Positions 1 through 10,170 of a stretch of 64,000 bases of DNA are shown here, in pieces. Source of the stretch: an uncultured Fibrobacterota bacterium (GTDB taxonomy: Bacteria > Fibrobacterota > Chitinivibrionia > Chitinivibrionales > FEN-1185); NCBI GenBank assembly GCA_963729895.1, contig CAVSQB010000023.1, positions 14,030 to 78,029 on the forward strand, read 5' to 3'. A program made the translations under genes and the position numbers. Numbering within the stretch: the stretch's first letter is position 1; every line of letters begins with the position of its first letter. The notes below the pieces were generated by a model. That model did no database searches and was not told the DNA's origin. It worked only from the letters and a program-made list of their open reading frames with translations.

Positions 1-407
1 ACAGTATTTCCATGTTTCTCACCGATTCGGGCAAAATAGATTCCATGTGGGCGTTTGGTAATGTCAAGAGCAAGTACTATCCGCTAAAAAACCCGCTTTC
101 GACCAACGAGGCGTACGGGAAGCTCATGACCGTCTCGTTCAACGGCCGCGGCGAAATTTCCCGCGTCAAGGTGTGGGGCAACGCGCGGAGCATCTACAAC
201 GTGGACGAGAAAGACGGCAGGGGCCGCAACGAGGCAAGCGGCGACAGCATCACGGTCTCGTTTGCAAAAGGCAAAGCAACGCACGTGAAACTGTCCGGCA
301 GCGTGCGAGGATTCTACGCTCCGCTGCCCGCGGCGGCCAAGCCGCAGCCCGACAGCGGCATCCAGGAAAAACCCAAAGTCGCCCCAAAAAAGGAAGTCCC
401 GCAGTGA
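1..407 (+). CDS. C-terminal part of an LptA/OstA-like LPS transport protein (5' partial)
   Basis: Frame is open from the window start. Beta-strand-rich repeats ([29 protein letters not shown]). Stop overlaps the lptB start (GTGA), the usual lptA-lptB synteny. Confidence 0.55.
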   Translation, partial: SISMFLTDSGKIDSMWAFGNVKSKYYPLKNPLSTNEAYGKLMTVSFNGRGEISRVKVWGNARSIYNVDEKDGRGRNEASGDSITVSFAKGKATHVKLSGSVRGFYAPLPAAAKPQPDSGIQEKPKVAPKKEVPQ

Positions 408-1195
408 GCGAAGACACTCAGGAGACCGCCACCGTTGCCGGGCCGCAGCCGACGGCCCCCCCGGCATCGCGCAGGGAAATCCGCACCGAGGAACTTGTCA
501 AGATCTACAGCAAGCGCCGCGTGGTGGACGGCGTGACCATCACCGTGCACCAGGGAGAGATCGTGGGACTTTTGGGTCCCAACGGCGCCGGCAAGACCAC
601 CACCTTCTACATGATCGTGGGCATGATCCGCGCCAACAAGGGAAACATCTACCTTGACAATCACGAGATTTCAAGAAAGCCCATGTTCAAGCGCGCCCGG
701 ATGGGCATAGGATATCTTTCGCAGGAGCCGTCCATCTTCCGCAAACTTTCGGTTGGCGACAACATCATGGCCATTCTGGAATCCCAACACATGGGCGCCC
801 GTGTCCGCAAGGAGCGGATGCACCAATTGCTCGAAGAGCTTCACGTGGCGCACCTGGAGAAAAGCCTCGGCTACCAGCTTTCCGGAGGCGAACGCCGCCG
901 TGTGGAAATCGCCCGCGCCCTGGCCAACAAACCCGATTTCATTTTGCTCGACGAGCCCTTTGCCGGCATCGACCCTATTGCCGTGGAGGACATCCAGAGC
1001 ATCGTGCACGATTTGCGAAGCAAGAACTACGGCATCCTAATTACCGATCACAATGTTCGGGAAACCTTGCGCATCACCGACCGCGCCTACATCATCTCCG
1101 AAGGAAAAATCCTCATTTCCGGCACCTCCAAGGAACTCGCGGAGAATCCGGAGGCCCGGAGGATTTATCTGGGGCAGAAGTTCAAGCTGGATTAA
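404..1195 (+). CDS. lptB: LPS export ABC transporter ATPase LptB
   Basis: Walker [25 protein letters not shown] signature, [21 protein letters not shown] and YLGQKFKL C-terminus. Lies upstream of rpoN. GTG start chosen at 404. Confidence 0.95.
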   Translation: MSEDTQETATVAGPQPTAPPASRREIRTEELVKIYSKRRVVDGVTITVHQGEIVGLLGPNGAGKTTTFYMIVGMIRANKGNIYLDNHEISRKPMFKRARMGIGYLSQEPSIFRKLSVGDNIMAILESQHMGARVRKERMHQLLEELHVAHLEKSLGYQLSGGERRRVEIARALANKPDFILLDEPFAGIDPIAVEDIQSIVHDLRSKNYGILITDHNVRETLRITDRAYIISEGKILISGTSKELAENPEARRIYLGQKFKLD

Positions 1196-1279
1196 TATAT
1201 AGATAATGGTATTTCTTGTGGGGGAAGTATCCCCCTCGCTCCACTGCGTTCCGCTGCCCCCTCCTGGGTGCACCCCTAG

Positions 1280-2591
1280 CAGGGTGTTGAAAAAGTCTCC
1301 CTTTTGTAAACATTTATCCTTATATTATAGGGGAACCCGAACCAAGGAGTATTGATGAGAGGTTCCCAGCCAGCCCAAGGCGGTATGTTCAGCTTCGTTT
1401 CTCCGGATTCCCGAGTGCCGGCAACACACCCGCTTCGTCGTGTCAAACAGTTTACGGACATAGCGCTGCGCCGCCTTTCTCGTGACTTTGAGGCGATGTA
1501 CAGCCGGATGGGACGCCCTTCGATACCGCCGGAATGGCTTTTGAAAGCACAGATATTGATGGCTTTGTTTTCGATACGGTCGGACCGGTTGTTTTGCGAG
1601 ATGCTGGACTATAACATTCTGTTCCGATGGTTTCTTGACATGGATCTGGATGCGGCATCGTTTGATCATAGTGTGTTTTCGAAGAACCGAGATCGACTTA
1701 TGGAACAGGAGATTGCGCACCGGCTGATGCAGGAAATCGTGCGTCTTGCTCGTTCCGAAGAGTTGTTGTCCGATGAGCATTTCACGGTTGACGGCACGTT
1801 GATTGAAGCCTGGGCATCGATGAAGAGCTTCAAGCGAAAAGACGCGGAATCGGCGAACAAGACTGACGATGATCGGAGTAATCCGTCGGTTGATTTCCAC
1901 CATGAGAAGCGAAGCAATGAGACACATCAGAGTTCGACCGATCCAGAGGCGCTGTTGGCTCGGAAGAACAAGAGAACGGGAGCGCAGCTGGCGTATTCCG
2001 GTCACGTGCTGATGGAAAACCGAAATGGGTTGTGTGTTGATATCGCCATTGCGCCAGCGACGGGGACAGCGGAACGGGATATGGCGCTTGAGCTGATAAA
2101 GCATGAACGCAGGCGCGGAAAACGCCGGATGAAGACGGTGGGTGCAGACAAAGGGTATCATGCAACCGAATTTATCAAGAGCCTGCGACGCCTGCACGTG
2201 AAGCCTCACATTGCCGAGAAGGCCAACACTTCGCTTAAAGGGTTGGATGGAAGAACGACTCGGCATAAGGGATACAGCGTAAGTCAAAGGAAACGAAAAC
2301 GGGTTGAAGAGATATTTGGGTGGATCAAGAGCGTCGGTGGCCTGCGGAAAACTCGGGTAAGAGGAATACGAATCAACCAGACTGTTGCCTACGTGGTTGC
2401 CGCAGCGTACAACTTGATACGCATGGTTAAGTTGATGCCGCAAACGGTGGGGGCAGCATGAGAATGGCCTGGGAATCCGGGGAAATGCCTCGGAACGAGG
2501 CAGGTAAAACCTCTCTGACATATGTAAAGTTGAAGTTAGGTTCATAAAAAATCAACAAGAGCGCTTCTGTTAGGACTATTTCAACAACCTG
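1280..2591 (+). mobile_element. IS5-family insertion sequence, copy 1 (1312 bp)
   Basis: Terminal inverted repeats CAGGGTGTTGAAAAAGTC / GACTATTTCAACAACCTG. CTAG duplication at 1276-1279 and 2592-2595. Near-identical copy at 10171-11482. Confidence 0.95.
1352..2461 (+). CDS. IS5-family DDE transposase (DUF772-type N-terminus)
   Basis: HPLRR..GRPSIPPE..LFRWFL N-terminal domain. Catalytic motifs TVDGTLI, GADKGY and RKRVEEIFGWIK. Confidence 0.93.
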   Translation: MMRGSQPAQGGMFSFVSPDSRVPATHPLRRVKQFTDIALRRLSRDFEAMYSRMGRPSIPPEWLLKAQILMALFSIRSDRLFCEMLDYNILFRWFLDMDLDAASFDHSVFSKNRDRLMEQEIAHRLMQEIVRLARSEELLSDEHFTVDGTLIEAWASMKSFKRKDAESANKTDDDRSNPSVDFHHEKRSNETHQSSTDPEALLARKNKRTGAQLAYSGHVLMENRNGLCVDIAIAPATGTAERDMALELIKHERRRGKRRMKTVGADKGYHATEFIKSLRRLHVKPHIAEKANTSLKGLDGRTTRHKGYSVSQRKRKRVEEIFGWIKSVGGLRKTRVRGIRINQTVAYVVAAAYNLIRMVKLMPQTVGAA

Positions 2592-3003
2592 CTAGAGAGA
2601 AAAGTAGCAAGAGTCAACCTTCCGTTGGGGGGCACCCGCCGAGAGCTGGTGGAGATTGACGGAGAGGAGTTGCGTTGTTTTTGATGTTTGCGTTAGGCAC
2701 GACTGGAGCGGTGCGCAGGAGCGCAGTGTCGGTCGACCCCGTCGCGCGGTTGTCGAGTGCCGTTCCCCTTGATACTTACCTGCGGTACACTCGGGGAGCG
2801 GTGTACCGAGACAGCGCGGCATGGGGGCGAACCGGCACCGAGGCCGAACGGCCAAGCCCGGAGGAAGGGCCGACCCGAGGGAAGCGAGGGAAACGCCCAT
2901 CTTAAGAGTTTGATATTTGGGTGCGCCCGGCAACAGCAATTTCCACTCTTTTCATAATCATTTTTTCTTGTTTCCCCGGCAATACTATATACTAAATTTC
3001 ATA

Positions 3004-3019
3004 TGGCACGAAATTTGAT
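3004..3019 (+). promoter_or_regulatory. Sigma54-type -24/-12 site upstream of rpoN (GG-N10-GA variant)
   Basis: TGGCACG-AAAT-TTGAT, ending 27 nt before the rpoN ATG. Confidence 0.55.
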
Positions 3020-3046
3020 GCGTTCTGAGCGAAGGATGGATTTTCA

Positions 3047-4492
3047 ATGAATCTCGGTCTCGATCTATCGATGCGGCTTCAGCAGAAGCTGTCTTTCCAG
3101 ATGATACAATCGCTCAAGCTTCTGCAGGTGAACAACCTGCAGCTCGAGCAGCTCCTCAAGACCGAATTGGAAATGAACCCCGTCCTCGAAACTTCCGAGG
3201 AATTGGAAACGGAACAGGAACAGGACGAGGAAGAAAAAGAAAAGGAAGAGGAGCAAACCGACGAACTTTCCGAAAAGGAAGACGACAAGGAGCTCGAGGT
3301 AACCGAAGAAGACGTTAATTGGGAAGAATATCTGGAAGAGGGATTCGATATCGGCGGGCGGGTGAGCGAGGAGACGGATCCAAACAAGGAACACTGGGAA
3401 CCGCAGGCTGTGCATCAGGAGTCGTTCGAGGATCGCGTCACCGGGCAGCTCAACGACAAGAACATCGAAGAAAAGCAGAAGTTGCTGGTAACGTTTCTCA
3501 TCGGCAGTCTCGAACCCGACGGCTACCTGCGTCTGTCCCTCAAAGACATCGCCGACTTTCTTGGCATATCGGAAACCGAAGTCGAAGAGGCCCTCAAAGT
3601 AATCTGGTCCATGGACCCGCCGGGCATGGGCGCGCGCACGCTGCAGGAATGCCTGGGGCTCCAGCTTATTGCGAAGCACAAGGAAAAGTCCCTGGCAATG
3701 CGCATCATTTCCGAGGCGTGGGAGCTGTTCGAAAAACTAAAACTTCCGGAAATATCGCGACAGCTTGGCGTTGATGTGCGCGAAGTCCAGACGGCTATCG
3801 ACGAGATCAAGACCCTGCATCCGAAACCCGGGTCGCTTATTACCGGCGAAATTCCCTCCACCATCGTTCCCGACCTCGTCGTGGAAAAGGTGGAAGGCGA
3901 GTTTGTGGTGATCATCAACGACCGCTCGGTGCCCTCGCTGCATATAAACCGTTCCTACATGCAGCTTATCAAACGGGGCGGAACGGCCAGGAAGGAAGTG
4001 AAGAATTACATCCGCGAAAAACTCAACAGCGCCGCGTGGCTGGTACGTTCCATAGAACAGCGACGGACCACCATGCTTCGGGTGATGTCGGCTATTGTAG
4101 AGCGGCAGATGGATTTCTTTGAAAAGGGACCGCCCAACCTCAATCCGCTCAAGCTTCAGGACATCGCGACCATGGTCAGTATGCACATTTCCACGGTGAG
4201 CCGCGTTACCAGCAACAAGTACGTGCAAACCCCGCACGGCATTTACGAGCTCAAGTACTTTTTTACCGAGTCGATGGGCCAGGATCTGGCCGGGGATGAC
4301 GTGTCCGCGGAAAAAATCCGCAACCGGATCCGTGAGCTTGTCGAAAACGAGAACCAGAAGAAGCCGATGAGCGATCAAAAGTTGTCCGACGTTCTGGCGC
4401 GCGAAGGATTTACCGTTGCGCGCAGGACCGTGGCCAAGTACCGCGAACAGCAGAAGATCCTTCCCGCGCGCATGAGGCAGAAGTATGATTGA
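3047..4492 (+). CDS. rpoN: RNA polymerase sigma-54 factor
   Basis: Gln/Leu-rich region I, acidic region II, MHISTVSRV helix-turn-helix and RpoN box ARRTVAKYRE. Confidence 0.97.
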   Translation: MNLGLDLSMRLQQKLSFQMIQSLKLLQVNNLQLEQLLKTELEMNPVLETSEELETEQEQDEEEKEKEEEQTDELSEKEDDKELEVTEEDVNWEEYLEEGFDIGGRVSEETDPNKEHWEPQAVHQESFEDRVTGQLNDKNIEEKQKLLVTFLIGSLEPDGYLRLSLKDIADFLGISETEVEEALKVIWSMDPPGMGARTLQECLGLQLIAKHKEKSLAMRIISEAWELFEKLKLPEISRQLGVDVREVQTAIDEIKTLHPKPGSLITGEIPSTIVPDLVVEKVEGEFVVIINDRSVPSLHINRSYMQLIKRGGTARKEVKNYIREKLNSAAWLVRSIEQRRTTMLRVMSAIVERQMDFFEKGPPNLNPLKLQDIATMVSMHISTVSRVTSNKYVQTPHGIYELKYFFTESMGQDLAGDDVSAEKIRNRIRELVENENQKKPMSDQKLSDVLAREGFTVARRTVAKYREQQKILPARMRQKYD

Positions 4493-5411
4493 CGGTCGGC
4501 ACCGCGCGCCGCCTTCTCGTTTGCCTCCGTGGCTCAAGCGGCCGCTCGTTGTCGGTGCAGCCACGCGAGCACTTCAACAATCGTTTACAGATGCAAACCT
4601 GCACACGGTGTGCGAAGAAGCGCGGTGTCCCAACCGCAGCGAATGCTTCAACAAGGGTACGGCCGCCTTTCTCATCCTGGGAAACGTATGCACCCGCCGG
4701 TGCCGTTTTTGCGGAGTGTCCCATGGCGTGCCGTTGCCCGTGGATGCGGGTGAACCGCGCCGCGTTGTCGACGCGGTGAAGCGGATGGGAATTTCGCATG
4801 CCGTTGTGACGTCCGTAACGCGCGACGATCTCAGCGACGGCGGCGCCGGCATGTTCGCTCTCGTGATAGGGCTCCTCAAACACGAAGTGCCTTCCGTGAC
4901 CGTCGAAGTCCTGGTCCCGGATTTTACAGGCAATGCCGCGGCGCTGTGCACGGTGCTGCACGCCGGGCCTCACGTGTTTAACCACAACATGGAAACCGTG
5001 CCCAGATTGTACCCGCTCATTCGTCCCGGGGCAGGCTATCGCCGGTCGCTCGAACTGCTTGCACAGGCGGCACGTTTCGAGGCGGAACTGGAAGTCAAGT
5101 CGGGCCTGATGGTCGGCCTCGGCGAAACCTGCGACGAAATGCTTTCCACCCTCCGCGACATGCGCGGGGCAGGCGTCACCATGGTAACCATCGGACAGTA
5201 TCTGCGCCCGTCAAGAGAACAGGCGCCTGTTGCCGAGTTTATCACACCGGCACAGTTCGATTTTTATCGCGACCGGGCTTTGGCCATCGGTTTTGAAGCA
5301 GTGAGCTGCGGACCGTTTGTACGAAGTTCGTACGGGGCCGGGCACATGCTTAAGGAAAAGAATACACCTCGGGGGCGCATACACACCTCTGTCGTTGAAA
5401 AGATCCGATAA
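4485..5411 (+). CDS. lipA: Lipoyl synthase (radical SAM)
   Basis: CEEARCPNRSEC auxiliary cluster motif, CTRRCRFC radical-SAM motif and GPFVRSSY. Confidence 0.95.
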   Translation: MIDGRHRAPPSRLPPWLKRPLVVGAATRALQQSFTDANLHTVCEEARCPNRSECFNKGTAAFLILGNVCTRRCRFCGVSHGVPLPVDAGEPRRVVDAVKRMGISHAVVTSVTRDDLSDGGAGMFALVIGLLKHEVPSVTVEVLVPDFTGNAAALCTVLHAGPHVFNHNMETVPRLYPLIRPGAGYRRSLELLAQAARFEAELEVKSGLMVGLGETCDEMLSTLRDMRGAGVTMVTIGQYLRPSREQAPVAEFITPAQFDFYRDRALAIGFEAVSCGPFVRSSYGAGHMLKEKNTPRGRIHTSVVEKIR

Positions 5412-5430
5412 CCATAGGAGGATCCGACTC

Positions 5431-5754
5431 ATGGAAATCCAAATCACCTCACGCCACGAAAAGGCCTCACAGAGCCTGCAGGACACCATCACGGCCGAAT
5501 TGGAAGGGCTCCAGAAATTCTACGACCGCATCACCTCGTGCCATGTGATTCTCGACAAGGAGCGCGGCAAGGAAATCGTGGAGGCCGTGATACACATGGC
5601 CGGCCACACGGTTGCAGCCAAGGCCAAGGCCGAGAACCTCGGCAAGGCCATAGACGCGGTAATTACCAAAGTGGAACGCCAGCTCAAGAAAATCAACGAG
5701 AAAATAAAGAACCACAAGGGCGGCCGGCCCCAAAAAGAAGAGCAGGAAACGTAA
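5431..5754 (+). CDS. hpf: Ribosome hibernation promoting factor (HPF/RaiA, short form)
   Basis: MEIQITSRH..KAIDAVITKVERQLKKINEK. SD AGGAGG before ATG 5431. In the rpoN neighbourhood. Confidence 0.88.
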   Translation: MEIQITSRHEKASQSLQDTITAELEGLQKFYDRITSCHVILDKERGKEIVEAVIHMAGHTVAAKAKAENLGKAIDAVITKVERQLKKINEKIKNHKGGRPQKEEQET

Positions 5755-5921
5755 GCGCCGATTCGGGCGCACGAGGGAACCACGGCGAAAACAAGCGGAC
5801 GCCGCACGAAGGCCCTGCGGCCCCGATGGCCGGGAAACCGAAAAAGTACTATAAAATAGTTTGACAAAAAACTTATTTTACCTGTGAATAATGAGACAGC
5901 CGCTCGTGCCATCGCGAAAGG

Positions 5922-6878
5922 ATGCCCGTGAAAAAGAACAACATGGAATTCACCGTGGGCGGGTTCATCCTGATTGCGCTCTTCATTCTGATTGCCGGCG
6001 TTCTATGGCTCAAGAGCTCCACGCTCACGCGCTCAATGGTTGAATACAGCGTGTTGTTCCCCAACATCGGCTCGCTGCAGCAAGGCGATCCGGTGCAGGT
6101 GAACGGCGTGCGAAAAGGCGTCGTGGGCTCAATTGCCCTTACCGGGTCCCGCGTCACAGTCGTCATCAAGGTTGACAAAAACGTTACGATCACCGATTCG
6201 TCCTCCATCACGGTTCAGAACATCGGGCTCATGGGAGAACGAACCGTGGGCATCCAGCTTTCCGAACACGGGAAACCCATTCATCCGAACACCAAGGGGA
6301 AGATCACTTACATTCAGGGGCATTTCGACAGCGGCATTGCCGAAGCAATGGGCATGATCGGCTCGGTGCTGGGTGATGCGCGTACGCTCCTTGCCAATGT
6401 ATCGGCCATAGTGGACAGCACGATTGGAGACTCGGCATTCTACGCATCGTTCAAGCACATTGTCGGGAGGCTCGACACCGTTACGCGGCTCGCGCAAACC
6501 CTGGTAAGAGAAAACCGGGGCAAAATCGACAAGAGCCTCACCAACGTCAAGACCGTAACCACCGACATGAAAGAACTGCTCGATTCGAACAGGGCCCAAA
6601 TCAACACCATCGTGTCCAACGGCACCACCCTTTCTTCACGCGCGGTAACGATTGTAGGCACGGTAGACACCATTACTTCCTCGTTGCAAACTATGGTGAA
6701 GAGAATCGAACGCGGCGAAGGTTCGGTGGGCGCGCTTTTGTCCGACGAACAGTTCTACAAAGATCTTAAGAAGGCCGTTGCCGATCTTGACGCATTGCTG
6801 TCCGAGGTGCAGCAGGACGGCCTCAAGCTCAGGCTCAAGCTCGGGTTCAAGAAGGAGACCAAGAAGCAGACTCCATGA
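5922..6878 (+). CDS. MlaD/MCE-family protein
   Basis: N-terminal TM, LQQGDPVQVNGVRKGVV and IGLMGERTV MCE motifs, helical C-terminus with GEGSVGALL. Confidence 0.88.
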   Translation: MPVKKNNMEFTVGGFILIALFILIAGVLWLKSSTLTRSMVEYSVLFPNIGSLQQGDPVQVNGVRKGVVGSIALTGSRVTVVIKVDKNVTITDSSSITVQNIGLMGERTVGIQLSEHGKPIHPNTKGKITYIQGHFDSGIAEAMGMIGSVLGDARTLLANVSAIVDSTIGDSAFYASFKHIVGRLDTVTRLAQTLVRENRGKIDKSLTNVKTVTTDMKELLDSNRAQINTIVSNGTTLSSRAVTIVGTVDTITSSLQTMVKRIERGEGSVGALLSDEQFYKDLKKAVADLDALLSEVQQDGLKLRLKLGFKKETKKQTP

Positions 6879-7141
6879 CACAGCGCGAAGTGTATGTTAT
6901 AAACCATCTTGGGATCCATGCCCGTCCAGCCTTTCTCATCGTTCAGACTTCCTGTGCGTTCGATGCTGATATCTGGCTGGAAAAAGACGGCACAGCCGCA
7001 AACGCAAAAAGCGTCCTGAGCGTCATGATGCTTGCCGCGGCGTGCGATTCCAAGATCGTTGTCAGTGCATCCGGAAAAGACGAAGAAAGGGCCGTTGAGG
7101 CCGTTGTGAAGTTGTTTGAGAGCAAGTTCAATGAGGAGTGA
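6875..7141 (+). CDS. ptsH: Phosphocarrier protein HPr/NPr
   Basis: GIHARPA (His15) and NAKSVLSVM (Ser46). 88 aa. Confidence 0.9.
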   Translation: MTQREVYVINHLGIHARPAFLIVQTSCAFDADIWLEKDGTAANAKSVLSVMMLAAACDSKIVVSASGKDEERAVEAVVKLFESKFNEE

Positions 7142-7320
7142 GTTTCGATGAGGTAGGATGGTACCTGTTGGGGCTTTTCTCGCCCTAACCTCAGCCCCGC
7201 ATTCTTTCGCCCCGCCTCTGCTATTCAGTCAAGGCAATAATGTATATTCTTACTTCTCCAAGCATACTGTCTTACTACGCGGAAAAACAGTGAGTTAAGG
7301 ATATTGTTGAAGGGAATCAC

Positions 7321-8631
7321 ATGAAGGAGATCAACGTCGGTCTTGTTGGCGCAGGAACCATAGGCGGCGGCGTGGTGAAGCTGCTTGATCAGAAAGCCTC
7401 TTATTTCCGCAACAACCTCGGTCTTTCTCTACGGCTCGCGCGCATCGCCGACAAGGCTGCCGCTCGCTTTGCGGAGCTGCCTGTGGGGAACGCGGTCTGC
7501 ACCGAAAACGCCAACGACATTATCGACGACCCGGACATCAACGTCGTCATCGAGCTTGTGGGCGGCACCACTTTTGCAAAAGACCTGATAATCGCGGCGC
7601 TATCCAAAGGGAAACATGTGATAACGGCAAACAAGGCCCTGGTTGCGGAGCACGGTCCGGCCATTTTTGAGCTTGCCGAGAAGAACGGTGTGTCCGTGCA
7701 CTTTGAGGCCTCGGTGGGCGGCGGCATGCCGGTCATCAAAACGATTCGCGAAGCGCTTGTTGCCAATGAAATCACCATGGTGAAGACCATCATAAATGGT
7801 ACGTGCAACTACATCCTCGCGCAGATGTCCGAAAAGGGACTCTTGTTCGACACTGCGCTCAAGAAAGCTCAAAAGAGCGGGTTTGCCGAAGCGGACCCCA
7901 CGCTTGACATAGGCGGAGGAGACAGCGGACACAAGGTGGCGATCATGGCGTCTCTCATACACGGCGGCTATGTCCCGATGAGCAAGGTCTTTATAGAGGG
8001 TATCACCGATATTTCAAAAGAAGACATCATGTTTGCCCAGGAACTTGGGTACACCATAAAGTTGCTGGGCATCATCAGGAAATCCCAAGGGGACGATCGA
8101 ATTGATGTCCGTGTACATCCCGCAATGCTGCACAGCAAGCATATCCTCGCCTCCGTTGGCGATGTATTCAACGCAGTGCTGCTTGAAGGAAACGCCGTTG
8201 GCCCCACGCTCCTATTCGGTCGCGGTGCGGGCGAAATGCCCACCGCATCCTCTGTTGTAAGCGATATCATCGATGTCGCGCGGGACATTTCTGCCGGAGT
8301 GCCCAAGCGAATTCCCATGAACTATTACCGCCTCGACAACGAAATAAAGGTAAAACCAATCGACGAGGTTGTGTCCCGCTACTACCTGTGCTTCTGGGTG
8401 TCCGACAAGCCAAAGGTACTTGCCTCAATTGCTACCATACTCGGCAACTACTCAATTTCCATTGCCTCGGTGCTCCAGAAAGAGTCTACCGAGGAAAGCT
8501 GTGTGCCGGTTATCATGCTCACGCACAAAGCGGTTGAAAAGAACGTGCGTGACGCACTCACCGAGATACAAACAATGGATTATGTGAAGAAAAAAACCCA
8601 TGTGATAAGAATTTCCGGGCAGATAAAATGA
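7321..8631 (+). CDS. hom: Homoserine dehydrogenase with C-terminal ACT domain
   Basis: GAGTIGGG NAD-binding motif, FEASVGGGMP, NGTCNYIL, GFAEADPTLDI and ACT-like C-terminus. Confidence 0.95.
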   Translation: MKEINVGLVGAGTIGGGVVKLLDQKASYFRNNLGLSLRLARIADKAAARFAELPVGNAVCTENANDIIDDPDINVVIELVGGTTFAKDLIIAALSKGKHVITANKALVAEHGPAIFELAEKNGVSVHFEASVGGGMPVIKTIREALVANEITMVKTIINGTCNYILAQMSEKGLLFDTALKKAQKSGFAEADPTLDIGGGDSGHKVAIMASLIHGGYVPMSKVFIEGITDISKEDIMFAQELGYTIKLLGIIRKSQGDDRIDVRVHPAMLHSKHILASVGDVFNAVLLEGNAVGPTLLFGRGAGEMPTASSVVSDIIDVARDISAGVPKRIPMNYYRLDNEIKVKPIDEVVSRYYLCFWVSDKPKVLASIATILGNYSISIASVLQKESTEESCVPVIMLTHKAVEKNVRDALTEIQTMDYVKKKTHVIRISGQIK

Positions 8632-8761
8632 GGAGGCAATAGTCGAATAAACAACCACGGCCGCAGGCCGTGGTCCACGCCGGAAAATCCCGAAGGGTTT
8701 TCCTCCGATCTTTTGACCGGACAACGTTTGATCTTCACGAAAGAAAAAGGACCGTTGCACT

Positions 8762-10108
8762 ATGAAAAAGCCATACCTCAGAGCTTTCGGCGGCGGTGAA
8801 CAGACCTATCCCGTTTCCGAAATCCGTTACCGCAGCAGTGACGGCCGCACGCTCGAAGTTGACAACTGCATTGCCGCCATGGATGCAAAAAAAGCTGCGG
8901 CCCTGCGCAGGATTTTCGATACCCGGCTTATGTCGCGCAAGCCGCTGGATAGGAGCGGCGTGTGGCGGTACAGGGAGTTTTTGCCCGCGTTCAAGCCGTT
9001 CGATGCCGTGGTGACCATGTTTGAGGGAAACACCGCTATCTTCAGCATGCCAAAATGTGCGCGCTACTGCGGCATGCAGTACCTTCTTGCAAAGCACCAA
9101 GGGCTCAACCCGACCGGATCGTTCAAAGACAACGGTATGACTGCGGCGGTCACCATGGCCAAGAAGCTCGGCGCAAAAATGGTCGCCTGCGCCTCAACCG
9201 GCAACACCTCCGCGTCCATGGCAGCGTATGCCGCGCGCGCAGGCCTCAAGAGCATCGTATTCATTCCTGATGGCCAGATCGCCTATGGCAAGCTCTCGCA
9301 GTCTCTCGATTACGGCGCCCTCACCATCCAGATCGCAGGCGATTTCGACAAGGCAATGGAGATCGTGGAGGACCTGTGCGGCCGCGGCGCACTATACCTT
9401 CTCAATTCGATCAATCCGTTCCGCATCGAAGGCCAGAAGACCATCATGATCGAAATGCTGCACCAGCTTGGTTGGGAAGCGCCCGACTGGGTGATTGTCC
9501 CGGGCGGCAATCTGGGAAATTCCAGCTCGTTCGGCAAGGCGTTTGACGAAATGGTCAGGTCGAGATTCATCAAGAAAGTCCCGAAAATCGCGATTATCCA
9601 GGCGCAAGGGGCCAATCCGCTGTACAACAGTTTTGTTTCGGGAGACAGGAACCTGCACCCGGTGCATGCAAACACCCGGGCAACCGCGATAAAGATCGGC
9701 AACCCTGTGAGCTTCGACAAGGCCTTGTTCGCCGTCGATTCTACCGGCGGCACGGTGGAGCAGGTGACCGAAGAGGAAATCGCGCTTGCCAAGAGTGTCA
9801 TCGGAACCGACGGCGTGGGCTCCGAGCCGGCTTCGGCCACCACGGTTGCGGGATGCAGGAAACTTGTCGCAAAGGGAATAATCAACAAGTCCGATACCGC
9901 AGTCTGCATCCTTACCGGACATCTGCTCAAAGACCCGGATTACACGGTTGAGTTCCATCGCGATGAACTGTACCTCGATGCGCAGCGGGCGACAACATTG
10001 TCCGGCACGGAGCGTATTTCCACAGGCGGTTTGAGCAACCGGCCCGTGAAACTGCCGGCGGATAAGGGTGAGATTATGAAGTATATAGATTCATGGGCGA
10101 AAAAATAA
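8762..10108 (+). CDS. thrC: Threonine synthase
   Basis: NPTGSFKD PLP lysine, CASTGNTSAS, VPGGNLGN and TGHLLKD. Follows hom. Confidence 0.93.
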   Translation: MKKPYLRAFGGGEQTYPVSEIRYRSSDGRTLEVDNCIAAMDAKKAAALRRIFDTRLMSRKPLDRSGVWRYREFLPAFKPFDAVVTMFEGNTAIFSMPKCARYCGMQYLLAKHQGLNPTGSFKDNGMTAAVTMAKKLGAKMVACASTGNTSASMAAYAARAGLKSIVFIPDGQIAYGKLSQSLDYGALTIQIAGDFDKAMEIVEDLCGRGALYLLNSINPFRIEGQKTIMIEMLHQLGWEAPDWVIVPGGNLGNSSSFGKAFDEMVRSRFIKKVPKIAIIQAQGANPLYNSFVSGDRNLHPVHANTRATAIKIGNPVSFDKALFAVDSTGGTVEQVTEEEIALAKSVIGTDGVGSEPASATTVAGCRKLVAKGIINKSDTAVCILTGHLLKDPDYTVEFHRDELYLDAQRATTLSGTERISTGGLSNRPVKLPADKGEIMKYIDSWAKK

Positions 10109-10170
10109 CAAGAGTGTCGTTTGTGGGGGAAGTGTACCCCGTCGGGCACTTCCAAGGGTCGTCCCCCTAG

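Larger units (their letters stand above)
1220..2898 (+). repeat. Structured intergenic element, copy A (about 363 nt once the IS and one CTAG are removed)
   Basis: Shares ordered blocks GGGGGAAGT..CCCC / CCCCCTCCTGGGTGCACCCC / GCAAGA / GGGGCACC / GAGAG / GCGTTAGG..GACTGGAG / GAGGCC..GGCC / AGCCCG / AACGCCC with 10125-11866 and 13115-13442. Confidence 0.85.

Noticed and set aside
1325..2545. 406-aa antisense ORF (and its twin at 10216..11436)
   Set aside because: Shadow of the IS5 transposase with no recognisable motifs. It is duplicated only because the IS is.
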